From NCBI RefSeq assembly GCF_009914755.1, contig NC_060940.1: a stretch of DNA of 64,000 nucleotides; one strand, 5' to 3'. Shown piece after piece: positions 30,209 to 52,187 of the stretch. The position numbers and the translations under genes are program-made. Each line of letters opens with the position of its first letter. The first letter of the stretch is position 1. The notes beneath the pieces are model-generated. The model did no database searches. It was not told the origin of the DNA and saw only the letters and a program-made list of their open reading frames with translations. Source of the stretch: the human T2T-CHM13v2.0 reference genome, Homo sapiens.

Positions 30209-31361
30209 TAGTAGAGACAGGGTTTCACCATTGAGGCTGCTCTCAAACTCCTGGCCTCAAGTGATCCACCTGCCTTGGCCTCCCAAAGTGCTGGAACTAT
30301 AGGCGTGAGCCACAGCACCCGGCCCAAAATGGAATCTTAAAAATAAATACCACGGCCAGATGCAGTGGCTCACACCTGTAATTCCAGCACTTTGAGAGGC
30401 TGAGGCGGGTGGATCACTTGAGGTCAGGAGTACAAGACCAGCCTGACCAACATGGCAAAACCTCATCTCTACTAAAAATACAAAAATATTAGCCAGGTGT
30501 AGTGGCAGGCACCTGTAATCTCAGCTACTCAGGAGGCTGAGGCAGGAGAATCACTTGAACCCAAGAGGTGGAGGTTGCAGTAAGCCAAGAACATGCCATT
30601 GCACTCCAGCCTGGGCAACAGGAGTAAAACTCTGTCTCAAAAAAAAACAAAAAAAAATCAAAAAACAAACAAACAAAAAAACCCACACTCCAAAAACAAA
30701 CAAACAAACAATAAATAAATAATATAAAAATAAAATAAATACTACAGTCCTTATGTTATTGCTTTGTTTCAAAATCTTGTAGGATTGCCTGAGGGACCTG
30801 AGATTTTTAATTGCAGGGTTTTTTTTATATATCTTTAGAAGTGGTTGGTTAGGTAAAATTTTTTTTTTTTTTTTTTGAGACTGGGTTTTGCCCTGTTACA
30901 CAGGCTGGAGTGCTGTGACTCGATCACAGCTCACTGCAGCCTCAACCTCCTGGGCTTCAAGCGATCCTCCCACCTCAGCCTCCCAAGTAGCTGGGATCAC
31001 AGATGTGTGCCACCACGCCTGGCCAATGTTAAAAAATCCTTTAACTTTTTTGTAGAGATGCACTCCTGGCCTCAAGCGATCCTCCTTCTGGTCCCCACCC
31101 CCAGCCTCTTTCTGATAAACATTTACACTGTTTATTATCTGATGCCATTTCTATCTTCTTCCTTGTCGTCCAGACATCAAATAATTAGGTTTCTTCATGG
31201 TTTTCTTTTTCAAGTCCTCATTGTTAAAGATCACTCACATTAGGGCCAGACACCATGCCTCACGCCTGTAATCTCAGCACTTTGGGAGGCCGAGGCGGGC
31301 AGAGCACTTGAGGTGGGGAGTTTGAGACCAGCCTGGCCAACTTGGTGAAACCCCACCTCTA

Positions 31362-31625
<264 letters not shown>

Positions 31626-31693
31626 TCATCTGGCTATGCCAGGGTGCCCAGGGGATACTCGGGGTGGGTGGCATGGTGCTGCTGGGGACTCAC

Positions 31694-31800
31694 CGCACAG
31701 GACGCTCTGATTGACGCACTGCCAGGAGTAGCGCTCTGTCTTGGGGCTGCAGCCGGCCTCCTCAGCTCGAGTGTAACAACAGTCGTGGCCATGGCAGCAC
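31694..31800 (-). CDS. PLA2G10: PLA2G10 exon 3, (W)CCHGHDCCYTRAEEAGCSPKTERYSWQCVNQSVLC
   Basis: sPLA2 active-site CCxxHDCC; cag| and |gtgagt sites; 107 nt, phases 2/1 consistent. Confidence 0.97.
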
Positions 31801-32732
31801 CTGCGGATGTCACATGGGCAGGACAGCAGGTGGGTGAAGCTCTCTCCTGGCCCTCCTCTCTTGCCAGGACTATGGGTGACTGAAGACCCCCAGGGAGGCA
31901 CAGCATCCTCTTATCTAAGATTTTTTTTTTTTTAAGAGACAGGGTCTTTCTCTGTCGCCCAGGCTGGACTGCAGAGGCACAATCATAGCTCACGGCAGCC
32001 TTGAACTCCTGGGCTCAAGCGATCCTCCCACTTCAGTGTCCCAAGTAGATGAGACTACAGGCACACGCCAGCATGCCCGGCTGGTTTTTTAATTTGTATT
32101 TCCTTTGAGACAGCGTATCTCTCTGTTGCTCAGGCTGGAGTGCAATGGCTCAATCAGCTCACTTTAGCCTTGAACTCCCGGGCTCAAGTGATACTGCCAC
32201 CTCAACCTCCCAAGTCTGCTACTACAGGAACACAAACTCCTTTTTTAAATTTTTTGTGGATATGGGGTCTCACTATGTTGCCTAGGCTGGTCTCGAGCTC
32301 CCAGGCTCAAGCAGTCCTCCTACCTCAGCCTCCACAAATGCTGGGATTACAGGTGGGAGCTACTGTACACCTGGCCTTATCTAAGCTGTTTCCCTGAAAA
32401 TCCCCGTCTTGGGTAATGATTCCTTTGGCCCCACCATGCCCTGTCCTGCCTTCCTGGCTGTGCCCAAGCTTGGTCCCTGCCTGCCTGCCTGCCTCCCTCT
32501 CTGGGTCTCGAGCTCCTGTGACACATGACTCCTCTCTCTTCCTGGAGTGATCCAAGCCCTGCCACTTCCTGACTTTGCCCACACTGTACCCTCTGCCTGG
32601 GGCAACTTCATGTCTGCCCATTGACCCTTAGGCCTCAGCCCAGGCACAAGCCCCTGCCTCTGGAGGTCATCCAGGCCTCACCAGGCTACACCCTCTCATA
32701 AAATCGGATTCCCTCCCTTCAGGGTAGGTTTA

Positions 32733-33070
<338 letters not shown>

Positions 33071-33302
33071 TAGTTTTAGTAGAGACAGGGTTTCGCCGTG
33101 TTGGCCAGGCTGGTCTGGAACTCCTGACCTCGTGATCCACCTGCCTTGGCCTCCCAAAATACTGGGATTACAGGCGTGAGCCACCGCACCTGGACACGTT
33201 ACTGAATATTTCTGTGCCTTGGTTTCTTCATCTGTGAAATGGGATTGTTGTGAGAACGCAAAGGGATTCCCAGGGCAGTTCCTAGTGCATAGTCTGGCTT
33301 CC

Positions 33303-33304
<2 letters not shown>

Positions 33305-33356
<52 letters not shown>
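33305..33356 (+). repeat. (TG)n microsatellite, about 26 units
   Basis: Seen directly in the sequence. Confidence 0.97.
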
Positions 33357-33359
<3 letters not shown>

Positions 33360-33462
33360 AATATGGAGACAGGGTCTCACTATGTTGCCTAGGCTGGTTT
33401 CAAACTCCTGGTCTCCAGTGATATTACTGCTTCGACCCAAAGTGGTGGGATTACAGGTGTGA

Positions 33463-33708
<246 letters not shown>

Positions 33709-34021
33709 TGAACTCCTGACCTCAAGTGATCTGCCCACCTCGGCCTTCCAAAGTGCTGGGATTACAGGAGTGAGCCACAGCTCCTAGCCAAGTTTTTAAG
33801 GCAACGTCATCAGCTCAAGGCCAGGGTAAGGGGCAGCTGGTACCAAGATCTGGCTTCACTGGCCATGTTATCCAAGAGGCCTCTGCCTGCCTGCAAAGTA
33901 GTACTGCACACTGGGATCTCCCTGGACCAAACCCCAGCTTCAGTTTTGGGTACTTCCTCATAAGCCTTGACTACCCCAGAGTGTGAGGGATTTTGTGGCC
34001 TGGTCCCAGGCATGCACTCAC

Positions 34022-34172
34022 CAGTCAATGGCATCGCGGGGCTGGCCATGGCCTCCCAAGCCACAAAAGCAACCATATTTCATATAGGCGATGGGGGTTC
34101 GGGGACCAACACAACCCACAGTTCCTGCCAGTTCCAGGATCCCACGCCGGTGCACACGTAATATCCTGGAGG
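34022..34172 (-). CDS. PLA2G10: PLA2G10 exon 2, propeptide ending RR plus mature N-terminus GILELAG... and Ca2+ loop YGCFCGLGG
   Basis: ccccccag| acceptor, |gtgagt donor, 151 nt; Ca-binding loop motif; Arg38 codon CGT intact. Confidence 0.97.
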
Positions 34173-34452
34173 CTGGGGGGTAAACAAAGGTGACAGGCTG
34201 CAGGTCAGGGCTTCCCAGACCCCTGGGAAGGGCATGAGCCTGAGAAGAGCCCAGGTGTTACAGCCTGGCTGTCTGGGTTTGAATCCTACTTCCTAGCTGT
34301 GTGACCTTGGACAAATTCTTAACCTCTCTGGGCCTTGGTTTCCTCATCTGTGAAATGGGGGATAAACTGACTTCAACTCATATGAATGAAATGAGATAAT
34401 GAGTATAAAGCCCCTGGTGCATGAAAAGGCTATTATAATCCGGCTGGGCTCA

Positions 34453-34743
<291 letters not shown>

Positions 34744-35416
34744 CTATTATAATCAAGGTCCTCAAGGTAGCCAAGAAGGGAAAAAAGAGTCGTGCATGAA
34801 ACGTTTGTCCAGTTCCCTGTGTTGGGAACTGGGCATCACGGACGCGCCTACAGGTGTCTGTCACCAAGGTGGGCTCCTCTGTGGCAGCTCCCGGGCCCTG
34901 GCACTGCCCTGTGCTCATGACTTCCCCTCCAGACTCAGACTCAGGGCCCTTGGTATCTCCTCTTATTTTCACTGCCAGACAGGAAGGCCCCTTGGCCTGA
35001 GCCCAGCCATTTTTCTAGATCCTGGCACAGCTTGGACATGTAATGGTGCCCAATGCATGTGACTGGAACCCCTGCATTGGACATGTAGGAAACGAGGCCA
35101 GCCGGGAAAGGTAACCCCACATTCCCACAGCCAGCAGGAACCCGAGCAGAGGCTTCAACCCAGGCTTCTGACTTGCAAACCAGTGCTCCTTCCTCCTTAC
35201 ACAGTGACAACAGGGGAAGGTGGCCTTCGGGGTTGCCAGAGCCGAGTAGTACCAGCAATAGAGTGGAAACTCACACACAGGCTTGCCTGCTTCCTGGGTT
35301 AGGGTTAGGGTTTATACAGCTCTGGGAGGTTGACGCATTGTGTTTGATCATCTTTTTTTTTTTTTTTTGAGACACAGTCTCATTCTTGTTGCCCAGGCTG
35401 GAGCACAGTGGTTTAA

Positions 35417-35815
<399 letters not shown>

Positions 35816-36133
35816 TAATTTTTAAATTTTTAGTAGATATGGGGTCTCACTATGTTGCCCAGGCTGTTCACAAACTCCTGGCCTCAAGTGATTCTCCTGC
35901 CTTGGCCTCCGAAGGCGCTGGGATTCCAGGCATGAGCCACCATGCCCAGTCTCATTTCTGTTTTATCTAGAACAGTTTTCATCACACTGACTTTTTTGAG
36001 AAGTCCAGGCCAGATTGAAATTCCATTTTGTCTTTTTATCAGTGGAAAAAGTAGCATATTTATGTTGGAGGACAAAGATGAATCAAAGAGGAAGAAAATG
36101 TAAAACGCATTTGGGGCCGGGCGCGGTGGCTCA

Positions 36134-36610
<477 letters not shown>

Positions 36611-36832
36611 CTAGCAACAGCCTTATAGAGGGAGGGTTCTAGGCGTGGGGCAGGCATGAGCACTGTGCTTATAACCAAGCAAAACACTCCCTCTGTGCCA
36701 ACATAGGTGTGGCAGGTCACGCTGGGGTCTGTTTGCCCTGTCTGCCCGCTGCAGCCTCCTCGGGGGAGGGCCAGGGCTGTCTGTCCATCCTGTGACCCCA
36801 GGGTCTATGCGCACATATGTGTGTCTGTGCTG

Positions 36833-36835
<3 letters not shown>

Positions 36836-36876
<41 letters not shown>
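36836..36876 (+). repeat. (TG)n microsatellite in PLA2G10 intron 1
   Basis: Seen directly in the sequence. Confidence 0.95.
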
Positions 36877-36878
<2 letters not shown>

Positions 36879-37653
36879 ACGGTGCATCTGAATTGTCCTG
36901 AGTGCTGTCTCGGGTATCCTTGAGCTGTGTGTGCGTGTGTCCCCCTAGCGGTATGTCAGTATTTTTCCCTGTGGGAGCCGCACACCTGAGGGCCAGGTGA
37001 GTCTGGGGCTGGTCCTGTGCCTGCGCATCTGTGTGCTGGCGGTGTCTGCATAGTACTCTGCGGGTACATGTATCTGTGCACCCCAGAAATGGGCAGTCAC
37101 CCACGGGACCTCTCTACAGTGACCCCAAAGGATGGATAGTGAGATAGGGACAGTATGTTCTATTTTTTGTTTTTTTGTTTGTTTGTTTTGTTTTGTTTTG
37201 TTTTTGGTCACCGGGGTTTGTTGTACAGGGGCACAATATATTCTTCTCCCACCCCCAAGCCGGCCCTTTCTGCCCCTGCTCCTCCCACCCTCTGGTGTCT
37301 CACATCTCAGGGACAGGTGGAATGAAGGGTAAGTTCGCGGACCCCAGATCAGGACAACCGGGAGGCTTCCGGGCTGCCGGAGAGGGTCACAGCCGGTTAG
37401 GGGAGGGAGCCAGGAGAGGACTCTGCGCCCCTGGGGAAGGACTGGGCTAGTTCTGGGTCCCTGGGAGGAGTGAGTGGGGGGCCCTGCAGAAGGCTGGGGC
37501 GCATCGTGTGGGTGAGCATTAGAAGAGCGAGCTGGGGGCTCTAGGGCAACTAGGAACTTGGAGAGGGATGGGAGGCAGGGCTGCTGGGTCCCTAGGAAGG
37601 GCTGGAGGAATACCGGAACGCCTGAGTTCCGGGAAAGCCCCTTCCTCACTCAC

Positions 37654-37750
37654 CCTCGCCGGACCCGGGGCCAGGTAGAAGCAGCAGCAGCAGCAGCGAC
37701 GGCAGTAGCAGGAGCAGCATGATTGGCAGGCACACAGGTAGCGGCCCCAT
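37654..37750 (-). CDS. PLA2G10: PLA2G10 exon 1 coding part, signal peptide MGPLPVCLPIMLLLLLPSLLLLLLLPGPGSGE
   Basis: ATG at 37750, |gtgagt donor; 97+151+107+143 = 498 nt = 165 aa + stop. Confidence 0.95.
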
Positions 37751-38090
37751 CGGAGGGTGGCAGAGGTGGGACGGTGCTGCAGGGCCACCGGAGGCACCAA
37801 GCCCGGCGGACACACACCCCGGCTGTCACGCCCCGGCTCCGCCCCCGACCTCACCTTCCCTCGCGGCCCAAGCAGAGCCAGCTAGGGGCGGGCACCTGGG
37901 GCGGCGCAAAGGCGTCCTGATCTCTGTATCTTGGTCACTGAAGGGGCTCCAGAGGCCGCGGGGCGCTGGGGACAGGACCGGGAGTCAGGCCCAGGGAAGT
38001 CTCCTCGGAATAAGGGAGGAAAAGGCGCTCTTTTGATGTTATTACTCCCCCAGCCCCTCCCCCGCTCACCTGGGCGCCCAAAGGGAACAG
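37751..38090 (-). promoter_or_regulatory. PLA2G10 GC-rich 5'UTR/promoter with GC boxes
   Basis: CpG-rich stretch with ccgcccc (~37839) and ggggcgg (~37885, ~37898) directly 5' of exon 1. Confidence 0.6.
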
Positions 38091-38126
38091 AAGACTTGGA
38101 GGAGGGGTAGTCCTGAATTTGCTTTA

Positions 38127-38527
<401 letters not shown>

Positions 38528-38688
38528 TCACGCCTGTAATCCCAGCACTTTGGGACACCGAGGCGGGTGGATCACCTGAGGTCAGGAGTTGGAGACCAAC
38601 CTGGCCAACATGATGAAACCCCGTCTCTACTAAAAATACAAAAAATTCCCCGGGTATGGTGTTGAGCGCCTATAATCCCAACTACTCA

Positions 38689-39261
<573 letters not shown>

Positions 39262-39304
39262 TCAAAAAAAAAAAAAAAAATGACTCTGTCTCAAAAAAAA
39301 AAAC

Positions 39305-42728
<3,424 letters not shown>

Positions 42729-42859
42729 GCATACCCATATGTGCTCAAAAGTGAAAAGAGATGACAATTGGCCAGGCGTGATGGCTCACACCTGTAATCC
42801 CAGCACTTTGGGAGGACGAAGTGGACAGATCAGAAGGTCAAGAGATCAAAACAATCCTA

Positions 42860-43200
<341 letters not shown>

Positions 43201-44221
43201 TCACTCTGATGTCCAGCCTGGAGTGCAGTGGTGTGATCTCAGCTCATTGCAACCTCTGCCTCCAGGTTCCAGTGATTCTCCTGCCTCAGCCTCCCAAGTA
43301 GCTAGGACTATAGGCATGTGCTACCACGCCCAGCTAGTTTTTGTATTTTTAGTAGAGATAGGATTTTAACATGTTGGCCAGGCTCGTCTTGAACTCCTGA
43401 CCTCAGGTGATCCACCTGCCTTGGCCTCCCAAAGTGCTGAGATTACAGGTGTGAGCCACCATGCCTGGCCTTTTTTTTTTTTTTTTTTTTTTTTTGAGAT
43501 GGGGTTGAGCCTGTTGCCCAGGCTAAGCTTGAATTTATTTTTATTTTTATTTTATTTATTTATTCATTTATTTTATTTATTATTATTTTTTTATTTTTTG
43601 AGATGGAGTTTTGCTCTTGTCGCCCAGGCTGCAGTGCAGTGGCACGATCTTGGCTCACTGCAACCTCTGCCTCCCAGGTTGGGAGTAGCTGGGACTACAG
43701 CTGCCCGCCACTATGCCCAGCTACTTTTTGTATGTTTAGTAGAGCTGCGATTTCACCACGTTGGCCAGGCTGGTCTCAAACTCCTGACCTTAGGTGATCT
43801 GCCCACCTCGGCCTCCCAAAGTGCTAGGATTACAGTTGTGTGCCACTACACCCGGCCTGGGCTTGAATTTCTGACCTCAAGCAATCCTCCCTCCTCAGGC
43901 TCCTGAGTTGCTGATATTACAGGTGCATATCACCTTGCCCAGCACTAGAAACATGATTTTGTCACAACCCCAGACCCCTCTCATTCCCTTTCATAGGAAG
44001 GCACTGGGCACCAGAGAAGCTTGAGCCAAGAACCAGGGGAACCAAGATTTAAACTCATTTCTGTTGGGTGCCAAACCTCTCTCTGCCTCCTTCTATTGGA
44101 GACGGCTGGGCACGGTGGCTCACACCTGAGATCCCAGCACTTTAGGAGGCCTAGGTAGGTGGATCACCTGAGGTCAGGAATTTGAGACCAGCCTGGCCAG
44201 TATGGTGAAACCCTGTCTCTA

Positions 44222-44551
<330 letters not shown>

Positions 44552-45411
44552 CTAGGTGCTCAGTGAAGGTGTGCTCATGTGGAGTATGGGTTTCAGGCAT
44601 ACCAAGACTTGGAGTTGCAGAGGCTGTGAGTGACAAGCCTTGGAGTGCTATGCCCACTGGGAAATGGGTCTATCTCGGGGTTGGGCCAATAAGCTGGGCT
44701 CCCTCCGACGCCAGTGCTCATAGCTCCCCTACCCTGGGTGGACCCCTGCAGATGGTCAAGTATGTTGGCTCCATATGTGCCTTGAGTAGCTGGGTGCAGT
44801 AGCAGGGCATGGTGGCTCAGGCCTGTAATCTCAGCACTTTGGGAGGCTGAGGCAGGTGCATCCCTTGAGGTCAGGAGTTTGAGACCAGCCTGGCCAACAT
44901 GGCAAAACCCCGTCTCTACTAAAAACAGAAAAATTAGCTGGGCATGATGGTGCACGCCTGTAATCCCAGCTACCCTGGAAGCTGAGGCAGGAGAATCACT
45001 TGAACCCGGGAGTCAAATGTTGCGGTGAACCCAAGATTGCGCCACTGCACACCAGTGTGGGGCATAGGGGGAGACTCTGTCTCAAAAATAAATAAATAAA
45101 TAAATAAATAAAACAGATGGAGAGGCTGGGTGTGTGTGGTGGCTCATACCTGTAATCTCTGCACTTTGGGAGGCTTAGGTGGGAGGATCAGTGGGGCCCA
45201 GGAGTTTGAGACCAGCCTGGGCAACATCTCTACCATCTCTACCAAACACACACACACAAATTAAAAAACTAGTTGGGTGTGGCGATGCATACCTACTTGG
45301 GAGGCTGAGACGGGAGGATTTCTTGAGCCCAGGAATTTGAGGCTGCAGTCAACAGTGACCACGCCACTGCACTCCAGCCTGGAAGGTAAAGTCAGACACT
45401 TTCTCAAACAA

Positions 45412-45448
<37 letters not shown>

Positions 45449-45648
45449 AGCCGGAGGATAATGGTGAGACATGGAGAGAAGGCATGCTAGGCAGAGAGAC
45501 CTCCGTAGGCAAAGTCGAAGAGACATGAAAGAGCCAGTGTGCAAGAGTAAATTCCTAGAACTCTGGGAGATGGGAGCAGAGGGAGCTGGTACAGGTCTCC
45601 ACCTGGTGTACAATCTTGGCATAAATCTCCTACCATGAAAATAAATGA

Positions 45649-46048
<400 letters not shown>

Positions 46049-46420
46049 TAGCCAGGATGATCTCCATCTCCTGACCTCGTGATCTGCCCGCCTCAGCCTC
46101 CCAAAGTGCTGGGATTACAGGCGTGAGCCACAGTACCCAGCCGCAGCATGCACCTTTTTAAGGACAGTTCCTTTCTGGATCCTTCCTAAGGTTCTGATTT
46201 CTAATCCTTCCTAACCCAGTTCACTGCCCCCCCCGCCCCAACACCACCCTCGGTCCACCCATTCTGACTCACTTTCTCCTTTCCTGATGCCCACAATTTC
46301 CAACAATCAGTCTTGGCCTCAGATTCCCGCCCTTCAGGTTCCAGTGTTCCTTGGGTCCTCTCTCTCCCCTGATCCTCTCTGATTAGGGGTGGGGTGTGTG
46401 AGTTGCAATTAAACCCAGCC

Positions 46421-47100
46421 TTTATTGGAGTCCTAGGGCTGGATTCTGCATTGTGCTCTGTTGTGTCATTGCACCTTCTCGTTTCCGCTCTTTCTGCCCA
46501 GCTTCTTCCTCTTCATACTCTAAGCCCCGCCAGCGCATGCTGACCCCACCGGTGGAGCGCCGCTCCTTCCCACCTGCCGCTTCTCCATCTCCATCTCTCC
46601 ATCTTCTGCTCCTAGCCTTTCCTGGCACGGGGGCCCTAGCTCTGAGCTCTTGCATTTTTCTGGGGCACCGTCCTGCTCCTTCTCGTAACCCCGGGCAGTG
46701 GCCCTGGGCTCCTCGTCCGGCTGCTGCGGGCCTGGGCTGCCCGGGTCAGCGTAGCCAGGCCGACAGACAGCGCAGTTCACACCCCGGGGCGGCGGAGGCA
46801 GGTGCAGTGCGAGCGGCGACCCCTGTAGGCTGGTGTGGGCGCTGCCTGGAGGCTGCTGCGGTGCCGCCTGTAGGCTGGTGAGGGCGCCGCATGGAGGTTG
46901 CCGTGACGCTCGTTGGCGCCCAGCGCCCCGCCCAGGGCTTCCTGGCTGCAGTGGCTGCTGCCCCATCCCAGGGCCGCGGGGCCCGGGTTCCACTTGGCGG
47001 CGTCTTCTCTCGAGTCGCCTTCGCTGCTCCGAGAAGTCGGCGGCGCAGCAGTTGACGCTCAGCTCGCCGCAGGTCGCCATATTCCCCGCGGAGGCCGGCT
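46421..47100 (-). pseudogene. PAWR (Par-4) processed retrocopy, 3'-truncated at about codon 200, lacking the leucine zipper
   Basis: gggaatATGGCGACC start. Collinear peptide matches: MATCG/MATGG, AADFSEQ/TTDFLEE, PRGVNCAV/PGGVNCAV, EKEQDGAPEKCKSS/EEEPDGVPEKGKSS, RRSTGGV/RRSTGVV, EYEEEEAGQKERKREGAMTQQSTMQN/EYEDDEAGQKERKREDAITQQNTIQN. No intron; 1-nt frameshift near 46571. Confidence 0.88.
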
Positions 47101-47350
47101 GGGCTCTCGCCTCAGGCCGCCCACCCTGCTCCGGCCGCCGCGGCCTCTCCGTTCCCGCAGCCAGAGGTGGGGAGAGAGCGACCTCCAGGCACTGGGCACC
47201 CGCCGCTTCCCCAGCAGCCGGCGGGGCGATGGAGAAAGACGCCAGGAAGCGGAAGGTCCCCGCCGGCCCGAGGGTCGCCCGGGGCTGCGCCCCATGGTTC
47301 CTGCCCACGGAGCAGCTGCCGGGACCCTCCCTGCCAAGTTGCTCCCGGAA
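46520..47350. promoter_or_regulatory. CpG island overlapping the PAWR retrocopy; candidate bidirectional promoter
   Basis: Very high GC and CpG density with GC boxes, unlike its flanks; promoter role is inferred. Confidence 0.65.
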
Positions 47351-47409
47351 AAGCTCTCAGGTTCTCAGGCCTGCAGGGAGTGACAGTTTCCCCCTGACTG
47401 GAACGTAAG

Positions 47410-50370
<2,961 letters not shown>

Positions 50371-51466
50371 GAATCGACACAGGAAGAGTGTGTACAGGGT
50401 TACGAGTGTAGGCAAATGGTTACTTTGGTCATATCTCCATTTGCCACCTGATTACACATGAGAATGGCATCTTTACTCACCAGAAAGCCAGTATTATGGG
50501 AGGTGTAGGAGGCATTCTTGGACTTGAGACAAGAACATTGTTGTGTAGAAATTTCATTGACTGTGTTAAAATTATTCTCCATGGGCTGGAGAACACATAA
50601 TGTGGTGTTTAGAATGAGACGGGCATTGATTGGATGCAAGGTCTCCACACTTACTAGCTGTGTGACATTGGACAAAGTGCTTCATCATTCTGAGACTCAG
50701 TTTTTAAAGGAAAAACAACTAACTACCTTGCAAGCTTGCTAGCAGGTTTAAGTGTAATAATGTGTGGGAATGACTGCACCGTGACTAACACGTAGTGACA
50801 GCTTAATTAATGTTAACCCTTATCATTATCATATAAGAATGTGAATTACATAAGGGAGGAATCCTGTCAGTTCGTTCTCTGCTGTGTCCCCAAGACCATG
50901 AATCATGGCTGGCACGTAGTAGGCATTTAATAATATTTGTTCAACAAGTATTTGGCAGTCTTGGAGGGCAGAAAAGGAGGTGGGGAAGATGTTTAAATAA
51001 CATTTTTTAAAAAGTCACATTGTCCTACAATACCAATTTTTCTTGCATATTTAGGAAATTGAGGGTTTTTTCCTAAAACACGCGGACATATGGGAAATAG
51101 GATGCAACATTTGCACTAATGTTTCCGACACAGTTAGAGGTTTCCAAGAGATTTTGCGCTGGGGAGGCTGCTTGCTACAAGCTCCCAAAGCTCTGGGAGG
51201 ACATAGTATTCATTCCTCCCTCAGCAGAAGCGGTGAGGCAAGAAGCTCTGGGGAGCATCCAGCCTTGGACTTTTAGCATAGTGTGTCAGGTCTTCATAGT
51301 TTGGGCCCAGGGCACAGAGAAGTCACAGCTCTCCGGCATCCTGTGACCTTTACCCTCTTTGCCAAGGGAAAATGTGGCCCTCCAAAGCAAGAAACTTGAG
51401 GTCATGGGTCACCCCAGCCCTGGCATCTGCCCAGAGCCCGAGAAGGAAGGAACAATGATCCTCCAG

Positions 51467-51549
51467 CTACCTCACAGGGCTGGCACAGGTGGCCACTGCC
51501 CTGGCATCACCCAGCTGTGTTCGGCAGCCTGAACCCCATCTGTGGGGAT
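51467..51549 (+). pseudogene. Decayed ACSM (medium-chain acyl-CoA synthetase) exon remnant
   Basis: cag|C TAC...GAT|gtgagg. Reads YLTGLAQVATALA-HPAV--FGSLNPICGD against ACSM [33 protein letters not shown], with indels. Confidence 0.7.
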
Positions 51550-52089
51550 GTGAGGAGGAAAATACAAAAGTCATTAGGTGAACACTGAGAAGGCAGATGC
51601 AGCAGAAGCCTCCAGGCCAGAACTACCCAGTCTTGGACCTATGGTGGAGATAGAGCATAGCTGGCGATCATGTGTACTTACACTCTAAGGTCACCTGGTT
51701 GCCCTATGGCCTCATCTGTGGCTCTGAAAATGAAGATTTGGAAGGAGATCATCACAGCTAATGTTAACAAGCCCCTCCTGTGTGCCAAATCATTCACCCC
51801 TCACCACAACCAAATGAGCTAAGGATTCTCGTTATATATAGTTTATGGAGAGGGAAGTGCAGACATAAAGAGGTGAATTATCTTACCCAGATCACACAGC
51901 TGATAAGTGGTGGAGGCAGAATAGAATCTAAACAGTGTGGCTCCGGAGCCCACATGCATTGATTCGACAAGTGTTTATTGAGCACCTGCCGCGGACAAGG
52001 CCTTGTGTGATTAAATAGGGTTATAATTAGTAATATAAAAATGAGAAATCACTAATGCTTTTTAGACTTAACATTTTCTTTCTTTGTAG

Positions 52090-52187
52090 GTTTCAGGCAC
52101 AGAACTGTATATCCAATAATAGTGAAATGGATCCCACTAATTATGACCGAAATGATGATACATTTAAATGACTTGGATGTTTTATAG
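52090..52187 (+). other. Probable non-coding 5'UTR exon of NPIP
   Basis: Branch-like cactaat, pyrimidine tract and tgtag| acceptor; ag|gtatga donor. Confidence 0.55.

Noticed and set aside
35296-35313. gggttagggttagggttt telomere-like motif
   Set aside because: Only about two full units; can arise by chance
36945-37649. 234-aa minus-strand ORF in PLA2G10 intron 1
   Set aside because: Non-ATG start, GC-rich and low-complexity, crosses a simple repeat, no recognisable homology
47081-47308. N-terminal 76 aa of the listed 262-aa ORF
   Set aside because: Starts at GTG and lies upstream of the PAWR-homologous ATG; probably 5'UTR-derived
46833-47408. Plus-strand 191-aa, 156-aa and 142-aa ORFs in the CpG island
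   Set aside because: Antisense to the PAWR homology and GC-driven; the ATG at 47229 is out of frame with NPIP for the acceptors I tested (52090, 52429, 59603), so at most a uORF
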